Assembly: GCA_964635845.1 (NCBI GenBank)
Contig: CAZWNO010000001.1
Location: 28,623-88,752, forward strand
Length of the DNA stretch: 60,130 nucleotides
Source of the DNA: an uncultured Chromatiales bacterium
Lineage (GTDB): Bacteria > Bacteroidota > Ignavibacteria > SZUA-365
Direction: 5' to 3'
The stretch's first letter is position 1; each line of letters opens with the position of its first letter. A program made the translations under genes and the position numbers. A model generated the notes under the pieces. It was not told where the DNA came from. It did no database searches and saw nothing but the letters and a program-made list of their open reading frames with translations. This document shows positions 38,334-46,297 of this stretch, piece after piece.

Positions 38334-39563
38334 ATGACAAAGCAACGCAACTCCGCGCCATCATCCGGCAACAGAACCAGCCGTCACAACACGATCGTCC
38401 TCGTCATCGGCGGAGCGCTCTTCGTCCTGGCCGTGCTGTACGCCGTCGGCGGCTTCGCATGGCTGACGGGCGACGGCAGGGCGGACGCGCGCAACGGCGA
38501 TGGCGAGCGCGGCTTCGAGCCCGAGGAGAAATGGCTGAAACGGGCGTACCTGATCGACGGGCTTTTCCACAATGTCTACACGGCCGGCTGGGAGGGAGCG
38601 AACGGCGCCATCGGCGACGCCCACCTGTTCGCCGTCACCCGTGACAGCAGTCTGCTCCGCTTTCACACCATCAAGCACCCGATGAAGGATCTCTTCAACG
38701 GCACCTGGGTCGACGACCGCGCCTGGGCCGCCCTCGCGGAACTGTACTGGTGGGAGTTCACCGGCAGAACGAGGAAGGAACTGGTCGAAAGCGCCGAGCT
38801 GCGCTACGTCGAAGCGCGGATGCAGGGCCGCCTGTCGAATCACGAGGGCTACTGGAGCTGGTACAACTGGCCGCCGAAATCGGATGTGCGGGATCAGATT
38901 TTCACCAACAGCAACATGAACCAGATGGTGAACGTCGCCTGCCGTCTCTACATGGCGACAGGGAAGAAGGAATATCTCGAGGATGCGCTGAAGGTCTGGA
39001 ACGGCGACGGAAAATCGCCGGGCATCGAGAAGATCCTGTACAAGGGCAGCGGCAGGTGGGAGGGTGCGCGTGGTCCCGCCGCCTTCGGCAAGCAGCTTCC
39101 ATGGGAAGGCATGTCCTACTGCAGCATCGGCGCCGCCATGTACCGCGCAACGAAGGATCCGAAATACCGCGACATCGTGGTCGCCACCGCGAAACGGATC
39201 ATGGATCCCGCTACCGGCTGGGTCGACGCGAAGGATTTCTATCAGCTTCGGATGGACGGCAACGGCGCCTTCGTGCATTTCGCGCTCGACGCGTACATGA
39301 TCGCTCCCGAAGCACTGCCGGACATTCCCACGAAGATCGAGCGCATGCTCGAGCATGTCTGGACCAACCACTACGGTCAGGCGAAGGTCACGCTGCACCG
39401 CACATCCGACCACGGCATCCGCAACGGCTGGAATCCGAACGGGGGAGAGGACGGGTACGGCGTGGATGAAGTCGGCACTGTGCATCCGCAGTCACAGGCG
39501 GTGCGGGCGTTCGGCGTGTTCGCCTATGTCGTGCACAACTACCTTTCGCGCGGCGGGCGGTAG
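38334..39563 (+). CDS. membrane-anchored protein with weak (alpha/alpha)6 glycoside-hydrolase (GH76-like) resemblance
   Basis: An N-terminal TM anchor (IVLVIGGALFVLAVLYAVGGFAWL) is present. VDDRAWAALAELYWWEFTG and NSNMNQMVNVACRLYMATGKKEYLEDALKVWNG resemble GH76-type helix-pair motifs. The function is tentative. Confidence 0.55.
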   Translation: MTKQRNSAPSSGNRTSRHNTIVLVIGGALFVLAVLYAVGGFAWLTGDGRADARNGDGERGFEPEEKWLKRAYLIDGLFHNVYTAGWEGANGAIGDAHLFAVTRDSSLLRFHTIKHPMKDLFNGTWVDDRAWAALAELYWWEFTGRTRKELVESAELRYVEARMQGRLSNHEGYWSWYNWPPKSDVRDQIFTNSNMNQMVNVACRLYMATGKKEYLEDALKVWNGDGKSPGIEKILYKGSGRWEGARGPAAFGKQLPWEGMSYCSIGAAMYRATKDPKYRDIVVATAKRIMDPATGWVDAKDFYQLRMDGNGAFVHFALDAYMIAPEALPDIPTKIERMLEHVWTNHYGQAKVTLHRTSDHGIRNGWNPNGGEDGYGVDEVGTVHPQSQAVRAFGVFAYVVHNYLSRGGR

Positions 39564-40643
39564 ATGGATTTCGTCACCCAGGTCACGCTCGGCGCGGCGG
39601 TCGGTCAGGCCGCGATGCACCGCGATCTCGGCAACAAGGCGATACTCTGGGGCATGCTCGGCGGCGCCCTTCCCGATCTCGATGTGCTGTTCAATCCGCT
39701 GCTCGATCCCGTGACCCAGCTGACCTGGCATCGGGGCATCTCGCACGGCCTCCTGCTCGTCGTCGTACTCGCGCCGCTGCTCGGCTGGCTGATCGCGCGC
39801 GTGCATCGGGGCCGGATCACCTTCGAAAAGTCGGCGCTGTTCGTGTTCCTCGCGCTCGGGACGCATATCCTGATCGACCTGTTCACCACCTACGGGACGC
39901 AGGTCTTCGCGCCGTTTTCCGATCATCAGGTTTCGTTCAATACGCTCTTCATCATCGATCCGCTGTACACGCTTCCTCTGCTGTTCTTCCTGCTCCTTTC
40001 GCTCCTGCCCGGCGAGGTCCGCGCCAGGCTCTTTCGCAACGCCATCGGGATCATCCTGTCGAGCGCCTACGTCATCGTGGCGCTGCTGTTCAAGTTCAGC
40101 ACGCTGACGGCTTTCGAGCGCGAAATCGAGCGCCAGCACATCCCCGTCCAGCGCGTCATGACCACGCCCACCGCGTTCAATACCGTCCTCTGGCGCTGCG
40201 TGGCCGAGACTTCCGACGGATACTATATCGGATACCGCTCGCTGTTCGACAGGCATCACGAGGTGGCGTTCTGGTACGTCCCGCGTAACGAGCAGCTGCT
40301 CGCTCCCCTCGAAGGTCAGCGCGCGCTCGAGACGCTGAAGTGGTTTTCCGACGGCTGGTACAGCGTCGAGGAGGACGAACAGGGAGTGCATTTTCACGAT
40401 CTGCGTTTCGGGGAGTTCGACACCGTGGACCCGTCCCGAAATTTCGGACTCGATAATCCGCTGAATCTCGAGTACATCTTCAGCTTCCGCTTCGTCGAAA
40501 CCGCGGCATCGGAGGGTCCGGATCGCTACACGATCGATCAGGCCGACTTCCGCCTCACGGGCGCGGGCGAGCTTCTCGGCGCGCTCTGGGAAAGGATGAA
40601 GGGCGTGGGGAGGCGGTTGCGGGCAACGGAAGACGGGATGTAG
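39564..40643 (+). CDS. membrane-bound metal-dependent hydrolase (DUF457, YdjM/YbcI family) with C-terminal extension
   Basis: MDFVTQVTLGAAVGQA...GALPDLDVL...WHRGISHGLL. The start codon abuts the stop of the previous gene. Confidence 0.75.
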   Translation: MDFVTQVTLGAAVGQAAMHRDLGNKAILWGMLGGALPDLDVLFNPLLDPVTQLTWHRGISHGLLLVVVLAPLLGWLIARVHRGRITFEKSALFVFLALGTHILIDLFTTYGTQVFAPFSDHQVSFNTLFIIDPLYTLPLLFFLLLSLLPGEVRARLFRNAIGIILSSAYVIVALLFKFSTLTAFEREIERQHIPVQRVMTTPTAFNTVLWRCVAETSDGYYIGYRSLFDRHHEVAFWYVPRNEQLLAPLEGQRALETLKWFSDGWYSVEEDEQGVHFHDLRFGEFDTVDPSRNFGLDNPLNLEYIFSFRFVETAASEGPDRYTIDQADFRLTGAGELLGALWERMKGVGRRLRATEDGM

Positions 40644-40790
40644 GCAGTTGGCAGTTGGCTATTGGCTATTGGCAGTTGGCCGTAGGTCGCTGACCCGCCG
40701 TGGCAGACCATCAGCAATCTGCCATCCGCAATCAGCAATCAGCAATCCGCAATCAGCAATCAGCAATCAGCAATCGGAAATCGGAAATCT
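40644..40790. repeat. 21 phased heptamers that make up the whole convergent intergenic spacer (block A GCAGTTG/GCTATTG x5; 5 degenerate units; block B GCAATCA/GCAATCC/GAAATCG x11)
   Basis: Counted directly: 147 nt. The array starts at the nucleotide after the TAG of the hydrolase gene and ends on the first base of the stop-codon complement of the methyltransferase gene. Confidence 0.9.
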
Positions 40791-41530
40791 TATTCAAGAA
40801 TGGCGACGAGGTCGGTGCTTTCGTCCGTGAAGGGTTCGAGGCGGAGGGAACCGAATTTCTCGACTGAATGGAAGCCCGCTTCTGCGGCTGCGGTGGTGAT
40901 GTCGGTGTCGAGAAAAGGCATGAGCCGGGTGGAGTGCAGGTCGTGCGTGCTTCCGTTCTCCGTGTCGCGGATGCTGAGGATATTGAATTGCAGGGCGTCG
41001 GCGAGGAAATCGTAGAAGCGCACGATGGTCTCGGGTCCGTCGCGTCTGATGTTGACGATGCGCTCGCGCCGCGCGAGCACCCTGCGGTAATTGAGCAGCT
41101 GGATGACGACATGTCTCCCCTCCGCGCAGAGCGCACGCCAGTGCCCGAGCGCTTCCGCAAGCGCGTCGCGCGATTCGAGATGCGGCAGGGAGTTGCCGAG
41201 ACACAGAATGAGATCCGCGGGGGGACGCGGTATCCCGGCAAGGAAATCTCCGTGCAGGAATTCCACCGTCACGCCGATCTCCGCTGCGTGCATGCGCGCC
41301 TTCCCGAGCATTCCTTCCGAGACGTCCACCCCCGTCACATCCACTCCCAGCTGTGCCAGCGCGATGGCGTGCACGCCGGTACCGCAGCCCATGTCGACGG
41401 CGCGACGGGCGGGATAACGCTGCAGAAGATCCGACAGGACGCGCCGCTGCGCATCGAGACGCGCGGAGAACTGCGTCATGGCGTCGTAGCGGTCGGCGAG
41501 AGTGTCGTAGAAATTCCCGGGTTTCAGCAT
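40790..41530 (-). CDS. class I SAM-dependent methyltransferase
   Basis: VDMGCGTGVHAIALAQLG (motif I) and LILCLGNSLPHL are present. The overlapping 256-aa ORF in another frame was rejected. Confidence 0.8.
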   Translation of the reverse strand: MLKPGNFYDTLADRYDAMTQFSARLDAQRRVLSDLLQRYPARRAVDMGCGTGVHAIALAQLGVDVTGVDVSEGMLGKARMHAAEIGVTVEFLHGDFLAGIPRPPADLILCLGNSLPHLESRDALAEALGHWRALCAEGRHVVIQLLNYRRVLARRERIVNIRRDGPETIVRFYDFLADALQFNILSIRDTENGSTHDLHSTRLMPFLDTDITTAAAEAGFHSVEKFGSLRLEPFTDESTDLVAILE

Positions 41531-41565
41531 GGAGGAAAGATAGGAAAAACCCGCAATTGTTCACC

Positions 41566-41594
41566 TTGTCCGACAGCGGAAAGCTGGGTATATT
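41566..41594 (+). promoter_or_regulatory. candidate promoter TTGTCC-17-TATATT for the amidase gene (would give a leaderless or near-leaderless mRNA)
   Basis: The -10 ends at 41594 and the ATG is at 41603. Confidence 0.35.
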
Positions 41595-41602
41595 TCAGAA
41601 TT

Positions 41603-43867
41603 ATGCGGAATTCAGTGAAATCACGCCGTTTCTCTCCGTCGCTGATGGCGGCAGGACTGCTGGCCCTGCTCCTTCAGGCCTGCGGACCGACCGTGTACTA
41701 CGTCCGGCCGCCCGATTGGAAGGACGCATTCCGGCGCGATTCCACCATCGCTTCCTATCGCGAGGCGCTGAAGGATGTCACCATCTTCATCGATCCCGGA
41801 CACGGGGGCGAAGATCGGGATGGCATAGGTCCCGACGAGGATGTCGTCGAGGCCGACGTCAATCTCCGGGTTGCCATGTTCCTGCGCGATTTTCTCAAGA
41901 AAGCGGGCGCCAACGTGATGCTCTCGCGCGAGGAGGACAAAACCGTGCCGCTCGAGGCGCGGGCACAGCAGGCGAACGCCAACGACGCGCAGATCTTCGT
42001 CTCGATCCATCACAACGCCGCGGGAAATCCCTACACCAATTACACGGCGACGTTCTACCACTCGCGTCCGGGACTCCCCGGCTACGCGCCGTCGAGCCAG
42101 GACCTCGCGCGCTTCATCCAGCGCGACCTGTCCTATGCGATGGGGAATCCCGGTCCGCTGGCCTCTTTCGACGGCACGATGTCGGACGAACTGATCTACC
42201 CGGGCAAGGGATTTTCCGTCCTCCGCAATACCACGATGACGGCGACGCTGGTGGAATGCGGGTTCTTCACCAGCGAATATGAGGAGCAGCGGCTCCGATT
42301 ACCCGAATTCAACGAAATCCAGGCCTGGGGCATCTTCCTCGGCATCGGCAAGTATTTCATGGCGGGCATACCGCATCTCAAGTACAGTTCGCCGCTGGTG
42401 TTCCGTGAAGCCAGTCCGAAGCTGGAGATCCACGTCAGCGACCGGGCGGACATTCTCGACGAGAGCATCCGCGTATTCATCGACGGCGGGGAGCAGGGTT
42501 TCACCTTCAACCGCAAGACCGGGATCATCGCCGTCAGCGCCTCGGGCGAACTCTCGCAGGGATACCACCACCTCACCGCGCAGGTCCGCAACAGCAACGG
42601 GAATTCCTCAGCGCCGTTCGAGATGTATTTCGCCGTCGGCCGGCCACCGGTACTGCTGCGTTCCACCGCCGATCCCGCGATCATTCCGCCCGACCGCAGC
42701 GTGTTCAGCATCGTGACCATCGTCGCGCTCGACAGCACGGGCGTCTCTGTGCCGGACGGCCTCCCGATCCGCTTCCGCAGCTCGAACGGACTCGACACCA
42801 TGCTCGTGCTGCGGAACGGCTTCGCGCAGGTGAACCTGTATCCCGGCCGTCACGACCGCGTCACCTTCGAGGCGGCGAACGGTCCGGTGAAAACCGAGGG
42901 CATCATCACGGTGTCTCCCGATGCGAAATACTCGCGGGGAATCGTGATGAGCACGGACGGCAAGGCGGTGGCCGGCGCGGCGGTGACGCTGCCGGGCGGA
43001 GCAGCGATATCCACGAACGAGCGGGGCGAGTACATCATCGCCGGAAAGGACACCGACGGATTGCCGGTGGTCATCACCGCTCCCGGGTATTTCGGCCGCA
43101 GCGAAACCCTCAAAGGCCTGCCCATCCAGGATCCCGTCCTGCTCTCGCCGGTCGCCCGCGGCGTGCTGCTGGGAAAGACTTTCATCCTCGATATTCCCGG
43201 CGAGGGGAAAGCCCCGGCCGAACGCGTCGACATGCTCGCCCTGCGTCATCTCGAGCAGCTGCTCGCCGCGAGCGGCGCGCGCGTCATCGTGACGGAAGGC
43301 GCGGACGCGCCGTCGCTGAAGGAAGCCCTCTCCGCGAACAAAAACGTGCCGGTGTTCCAGTTCGAGACCGACGCGGACAGCCGTGACATCACGCTCTACG
43401 CGAACAACCTCAACAGCAGCCGGAATTTCGGCGTGCGCATGCAGCGCATCGTGCCGCAGTTCACTGGCGTCACACTCAACCGCTTCGTGCTGCGCGTGCC
43501 GTGGCGCCACGAACTGAAGAGCAACCAGCAGATCAGCGTCGCGATGCCCGTGCCCTCGGCGCGGACCTACGCGCAGCAGGTGGCGCCGCTGTTCTCGTGG
43601 AACATCGCCTGGGCGGTGTACGCCTCGATCCTGGCGTCGGAAGACTACAGCAGTTCCGGCGCGAAAATGGTCGAGGTCAACGTGGAGGACAGGCAGGGGA
43701 ATCCCGCGCCCTACGTGCTCGTCCAGCTCAACCATGCGCTGACCGGCATGACCGACAACGTCGGCAAATGCCGCTTCGTCGGCGTCAGCGTCGACGAAGA
43801 CGAAGTACGCGTCCTCGATTCCGACCAGTTCATCGTCAAGGGTGTGCGCACCGAAGTGATGCGTTGA
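41603..43867 (+). CDS. N-acetylmuramoyl-L-alanine amidase (Amidase_3) lipoprotein with Ig-like and carboxypeptidase-regulatory-like domains
   Basis: The internal ATG gives MRNSVKSRRFSPSLMAAGLLALLLQAC (lipobox). IFIDPGHGGEDRDGIG, DVNLRVAMFLRDFLKKAGANVMLSRE and IFVSIHHNA are present. CarboxypepD_reg-like GIVMSTDGKAVAGAAVTL..ERGEYIIAG is also present. Confidence 0.85.
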   Translation: MRNSVKSRRFSPSLMAAGLLALLLQACGPTVYYVRPPDWKDAFRRDSTIASYREALKDVTIFIDPGHGGEDRDGIGPDEDVVEADVNLRVAMFLRDFLKKAGANVMLSREEDKTVPLEARAQQANANDAQIFVSIHHNAAGNPYTNYTATFYHSRPGLPGYAPSSQDLARFIQRDLSYAMGNPGPLASFDGTMSDELIYPGKGFSVLRNTTMTATLVECGFFTSEYEEQRLRLPEFNEIQAWGIFLGIGKYFMAGIPHLKYSSPLVFREASPKLEIHVSDRADILDESIRVFIDGGEQGFTFNRKTGIIAVSASGELSQGYHHLTAQVRNSNGNSSAPFEMYFAVGRPPVLLRSTADPAIIPPDRSVFSIVTIVALDSTGVSVPDGLPIRFRSSNGLDTMLVLRNGFAQVNLYPGRHDRVTFEAANGPVKTEGIITVSPDAKYSRGIVMSTDGKAVAGAAVTLPGGAAISTNERGEYIIAGKDTDGLPVVITAPGYFGRSETLKGLPIQDPVLLSPVARGVLLGKTFILDIPGEGKAPAERVDMLALRHLEQLLAASGARVIVTEGADAPSLKEALSANKNVPVFQFETDADSRDITLYANNLNSSRNFGVRMQRIVPQFTGVTLNRFVLRVPWRHELKSNQQISVAMPVPSARTYAQQVAPLFSWNIAWAVYASILASEDYSSSGAKMVEVNVEDRQGNPAPYVLVQLNHALTGMTDNVGKCRFVGVSVDEDEVRVLDSDQFIVKGVRTEVMR

Positions 43868-43916
43868 TATCCCGGCGCGCGCGTCGATTTTCTCACCACT
43901 CACACCCGCGTCCCCT

Positions 43917-44900
43917 ATGCTCAATCATATCTGGCTCGCGCTGATCGTGATCGGCATTCTCACCGCCGCCGGGCGTGACATTTACGACGTCACGCAGAAC
44001 AGCTACGGCAACGGCATTCCCTGGGAGGTGCGGATCGATGCGGCGGAAACGGTCGTGAGCGGCGGTACCGGCAGTGAAGGCCGTGCCGGCGGCGCCGTGG
44101 AGACAAGTCTCCTGATCACGGGCGGACAGCTCTCCGCGCATTTTCCCGGACTCGAGGGATCGGTCGATGTCCAGATTCCCGCGCGCGTGACCTTCTCGGG
44201 GAAGTCGGTCGCGGTCGCATCGATCGACGTCAGCGGCGACGCGCCCGAGCGCCTCAAGGTGATGGCCGCGGCGCTCGGCGATGAAGCGAGGCTCACTGCC
44301 CGCCTGCGGCAGCGGGGTGGCGGATGGCGGGCGACGATCGAGCCGGTTTCCCTCGTGTACCTGAAGAAAGTGACGAACGCGGCGTTCGACGTCGCCGGCC
44401 TGGCCGTGCAGATCGCCATCGGCCTGATCGGCATCATGGCGCTGTGGCTGGGCGTGATGAAGGTGGCGGAGAAAGCGGGGCTGATCACGAAGCTTGCGCA
44501 TCTCGTGCGTCCGATCACCGTGCGCTTGTTTCCCGACATCCCCGCCGATCATCCCGCACTTGGCTCGATGCTCATGAACATCTCGGCGAACGTGCTCGGA
44601 CTCGGAAACGCCGCCACGCCATTCGGCCTGAAGGCGATGGAAGAGCTTGACGAGCTGAACACGAAGAAAGGCGTGGCGACCAATTCCATGGTGACCTTCC
44701 TCGCGCTGAACACCTCCTGTATCACGCTGATTCCCGCCACCGCGATCGCCGTGCGCGCGGCCGCGGGCTCGTCCGATCCCGCAATCATCATCGGCACGTC
44801 GTTCCTCGCATCGCTCACCGCCACGATCTTCGCGGTCACGATCTCGAAGCTGCTGGCGAGAGTCCGGATGTTCCGCTGGGACAGATCGGAGGCAGAATGA
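43917..44900 (+). CDS. nucleoside-recognition (SpmA-like) membrane protein with a roughly 125-aa insertion after TM1
   Basis: MLNHIWLALIVIGILTAAG ... (insert) ... VTNAAFDVAGLAVQIAIGLIGIMALWLGVMKVAEKAGLI matches SpmA blocks. Confidence 0.75.
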   Translation: MLNHIWLALIVIGILTAAGRDIYDVTQNSYGNGIPWEVRIDAAETVVSGGTGSEGRAGGAVETSLLITGGQLSAHFPGLEGSVDVQIPARVTFSGKSVAVASIDVSGDAPERLKVMAAALGDEARLTARLRQRGGGWRATIEPVSLVYLKKVTNAAFDVAGLAVQIAIGLIGIMALWLGVMKVAEKAGLITKLAHLVRPITVRLFPDIPADHPALGSMLMNISANVLGLGNAATPFGLKAMEELDELNTKKGVATNSMVTFLALNTSCITLIPATAIAVRAAAGSSDPAIIIGTSFLASLTATIFAVTISKLLARVRMFRWDRSEAE

Positions 44901-45439
44901 TGGACGTGTTCCGCAGCGTGGTTTCGATTCTCTCCGCCGTCGCCATTCCAGCGCTGATGCTGTTCTTCCTCTCCTACGGCGCGTTCCGAAAGGTCAAGGT
45001 CTACGAGGTCGCCGTCGAGGGCGCGAAGGAAGGCTTCAACATCGCCGTGCGCATCATCCCCTATCTCGTGCTGATGCTCGTCTCGATCGCGATATTCCGC
45101 GCCAGCGGCGCGATGGACGTGTTCATCGCGATCGTGCGTCCCGTCACCGATCTGATCGGCATTCCCGCCGAGGCGCTGCCGATGGCGATCATGCGCCCGC
45201 TCTCCGGCAGCGGATCGATCGGCATCATGACCGAGACCATGCAGGCCTACGGCACCGATTCCTACATCGGCATCCTCGTTTCCACCATGTACGGCAGCAC
45301 GGAGACCACCTTCTACGTCATCGCCGTCTACTTCGGCGCCGTCGGCATACGCAACACGCGGCACGCGCTTCCCACCGGACTCCTCGCCGATTTCATCGCC
45401 TTCCTCGCCGCAGTGTTCTTCGTGAACGTGTTGTTGTAG
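44897..45439 (+). CDS. SpmB-like nucleoside-recognition membrane protein
   Basis: It has an ATGA overlap with the upstream gene. AIMRPLSGSGSIGIMTETM and YGSTETTFYVIAVYFGAVGI are present. Confidence 0.8.
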   Translation: MMDVFRSVVSILSAVAIPALMLFFLSYGAFRKVKVYEVAVEGAKEGFNIAVRIIPYLVLMLVSIAIFRASGAMDVFIAIVRPVTDLIGIPAEALPMAIMRPLSGSGSIGIMTETMQAYGTDSYIGILVSTMYGSTETTFYVIAVYFGAVGIRNTRHALPTGLLADFIAFLAAVFFVNVLL

Positions 45440-45445
45440 CGGGCG

Positions 45446-46159
45446 CTATCCTCCCCGGACATAGAGCCACTCCCACTCCTCCGGCTTCTCCACAAGACCG
45501 CTGCGGACGGGATCCTCGCGGATGAAGCTGACGGCGCGGCGGACGTCGGAAGGACTCGCGAGGTAGCGGTGATGATCCTCCTCCTCCCAGATCATTCCCG
45601 GGCGGCCGAGGAAGCGGTTCGCCTGATGCTGCACGGGCGCCTTGAACGCGGCGGACACATGCGCGGGAGTGGGACCCTCGCGCAGGCCGAAACGCTGTGA
45701 GAACGTGACGTGCACATGCGTGGGAAGGATGACGAAGGCGTCGATGGAGCAGAGCACACCGTCGATCGCGTGCAGGGCCTGCTGCGCGGCGTCGGCGATG
45801 CGCGGGTGGCGCAGCCAGCCGGGACCGGGCGACGATCCCAGCACGGTGTCCCAGAACGCGAACAGCTCGGCCTCGAATCCATGCTCGAACGCCGCGACAT
45901 CGGGCCTGGCGAATCGCGCGGCGAGATCCCCGAGCTTCGGACTGGCGTACGGCCCGGTGATGCCGCCGATATCCGGCCCCGGATGCGGTGCATCCGCCAT
46001 CCCGAAGCGCTGCTCGCAGCCGCTGCGATAGGTCATGAGACCTTCCCGCGCGGAAAAAGGTATCGAGTGGATCAGCCGGCAGGTGAGGAAAGAATGGAGT
46101 TCGCGGATATCCCCCGCATCCCCGTCGTGGCGGAAGAACCGCCGCTGCAGTGTGGACAT
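45446..46159 (-). CDS. IS200-like/RAYT-like HUH (Y1 transposase fold, COG1943-type) protein, solitary
   Basis: The HUH motif is VILPTHVHVTF. The C-terminal block is IWEEEDHHRYL..RRAVSFIREDPVRSGLVEKPEEWEWLY, compared with the family pattern ..DYI..NPV..GLV....W.WSS. Confidence 0.7.
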   Translation of the reverse strand: MSTLQRRFFRHDGDAGDIRELHSFLTCRLIHSIPFSAREGLMTYRSGCEQRFGMADAPHPGPDIGGITGPYASPKLGDLAARFARPDVAAFEHGFEAELFAFWDTVLGSSPGPGWLRHPRIADAAQQALHAIDGVLCSIDAFVILPTHVHVTFSQRFGLREGPTPAHVSAAFKAPVQHQANRFLGRPGMIWEEEDHHRYLASPSDVRRAVSFIREDPVRSGLVEKPEEWEWLYVRGG

Positions 46160-46181
46160 GATTTCTCCCTGTGAATTCGTG

Positions 46182-46207
46182 AATGACGGTTTCCCTGAAC
46201 CGTCATT
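46182..46207. repeat. perfect 10-bp palindromic hairpin between the DUF3788 gene and the RAYT-like gene
   Basis: AATGACGGTT-tccctg-AACCGTCATT, 23 nt upstream of the RAYT-like start codon. Confidence 0.4.
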
Positions 46208-46297
46208 TTCGCAAACTCGGGAGATTGTCCGTAAGGTGAAATGGGAAAAACGATCCGGTCGCCGGGCGATCCCCGCTGCCTGCGGCGGATACGCCGG

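Noticed and set aside
40794-41564. 256-aa ORF on the - strand overlapping the methyltransferase gene in another frame
   Set aside because: Its translation is Arg/Ala/Pro-rich with no motifs, whereas the 246-aa frame carries SAM-binding motif I.
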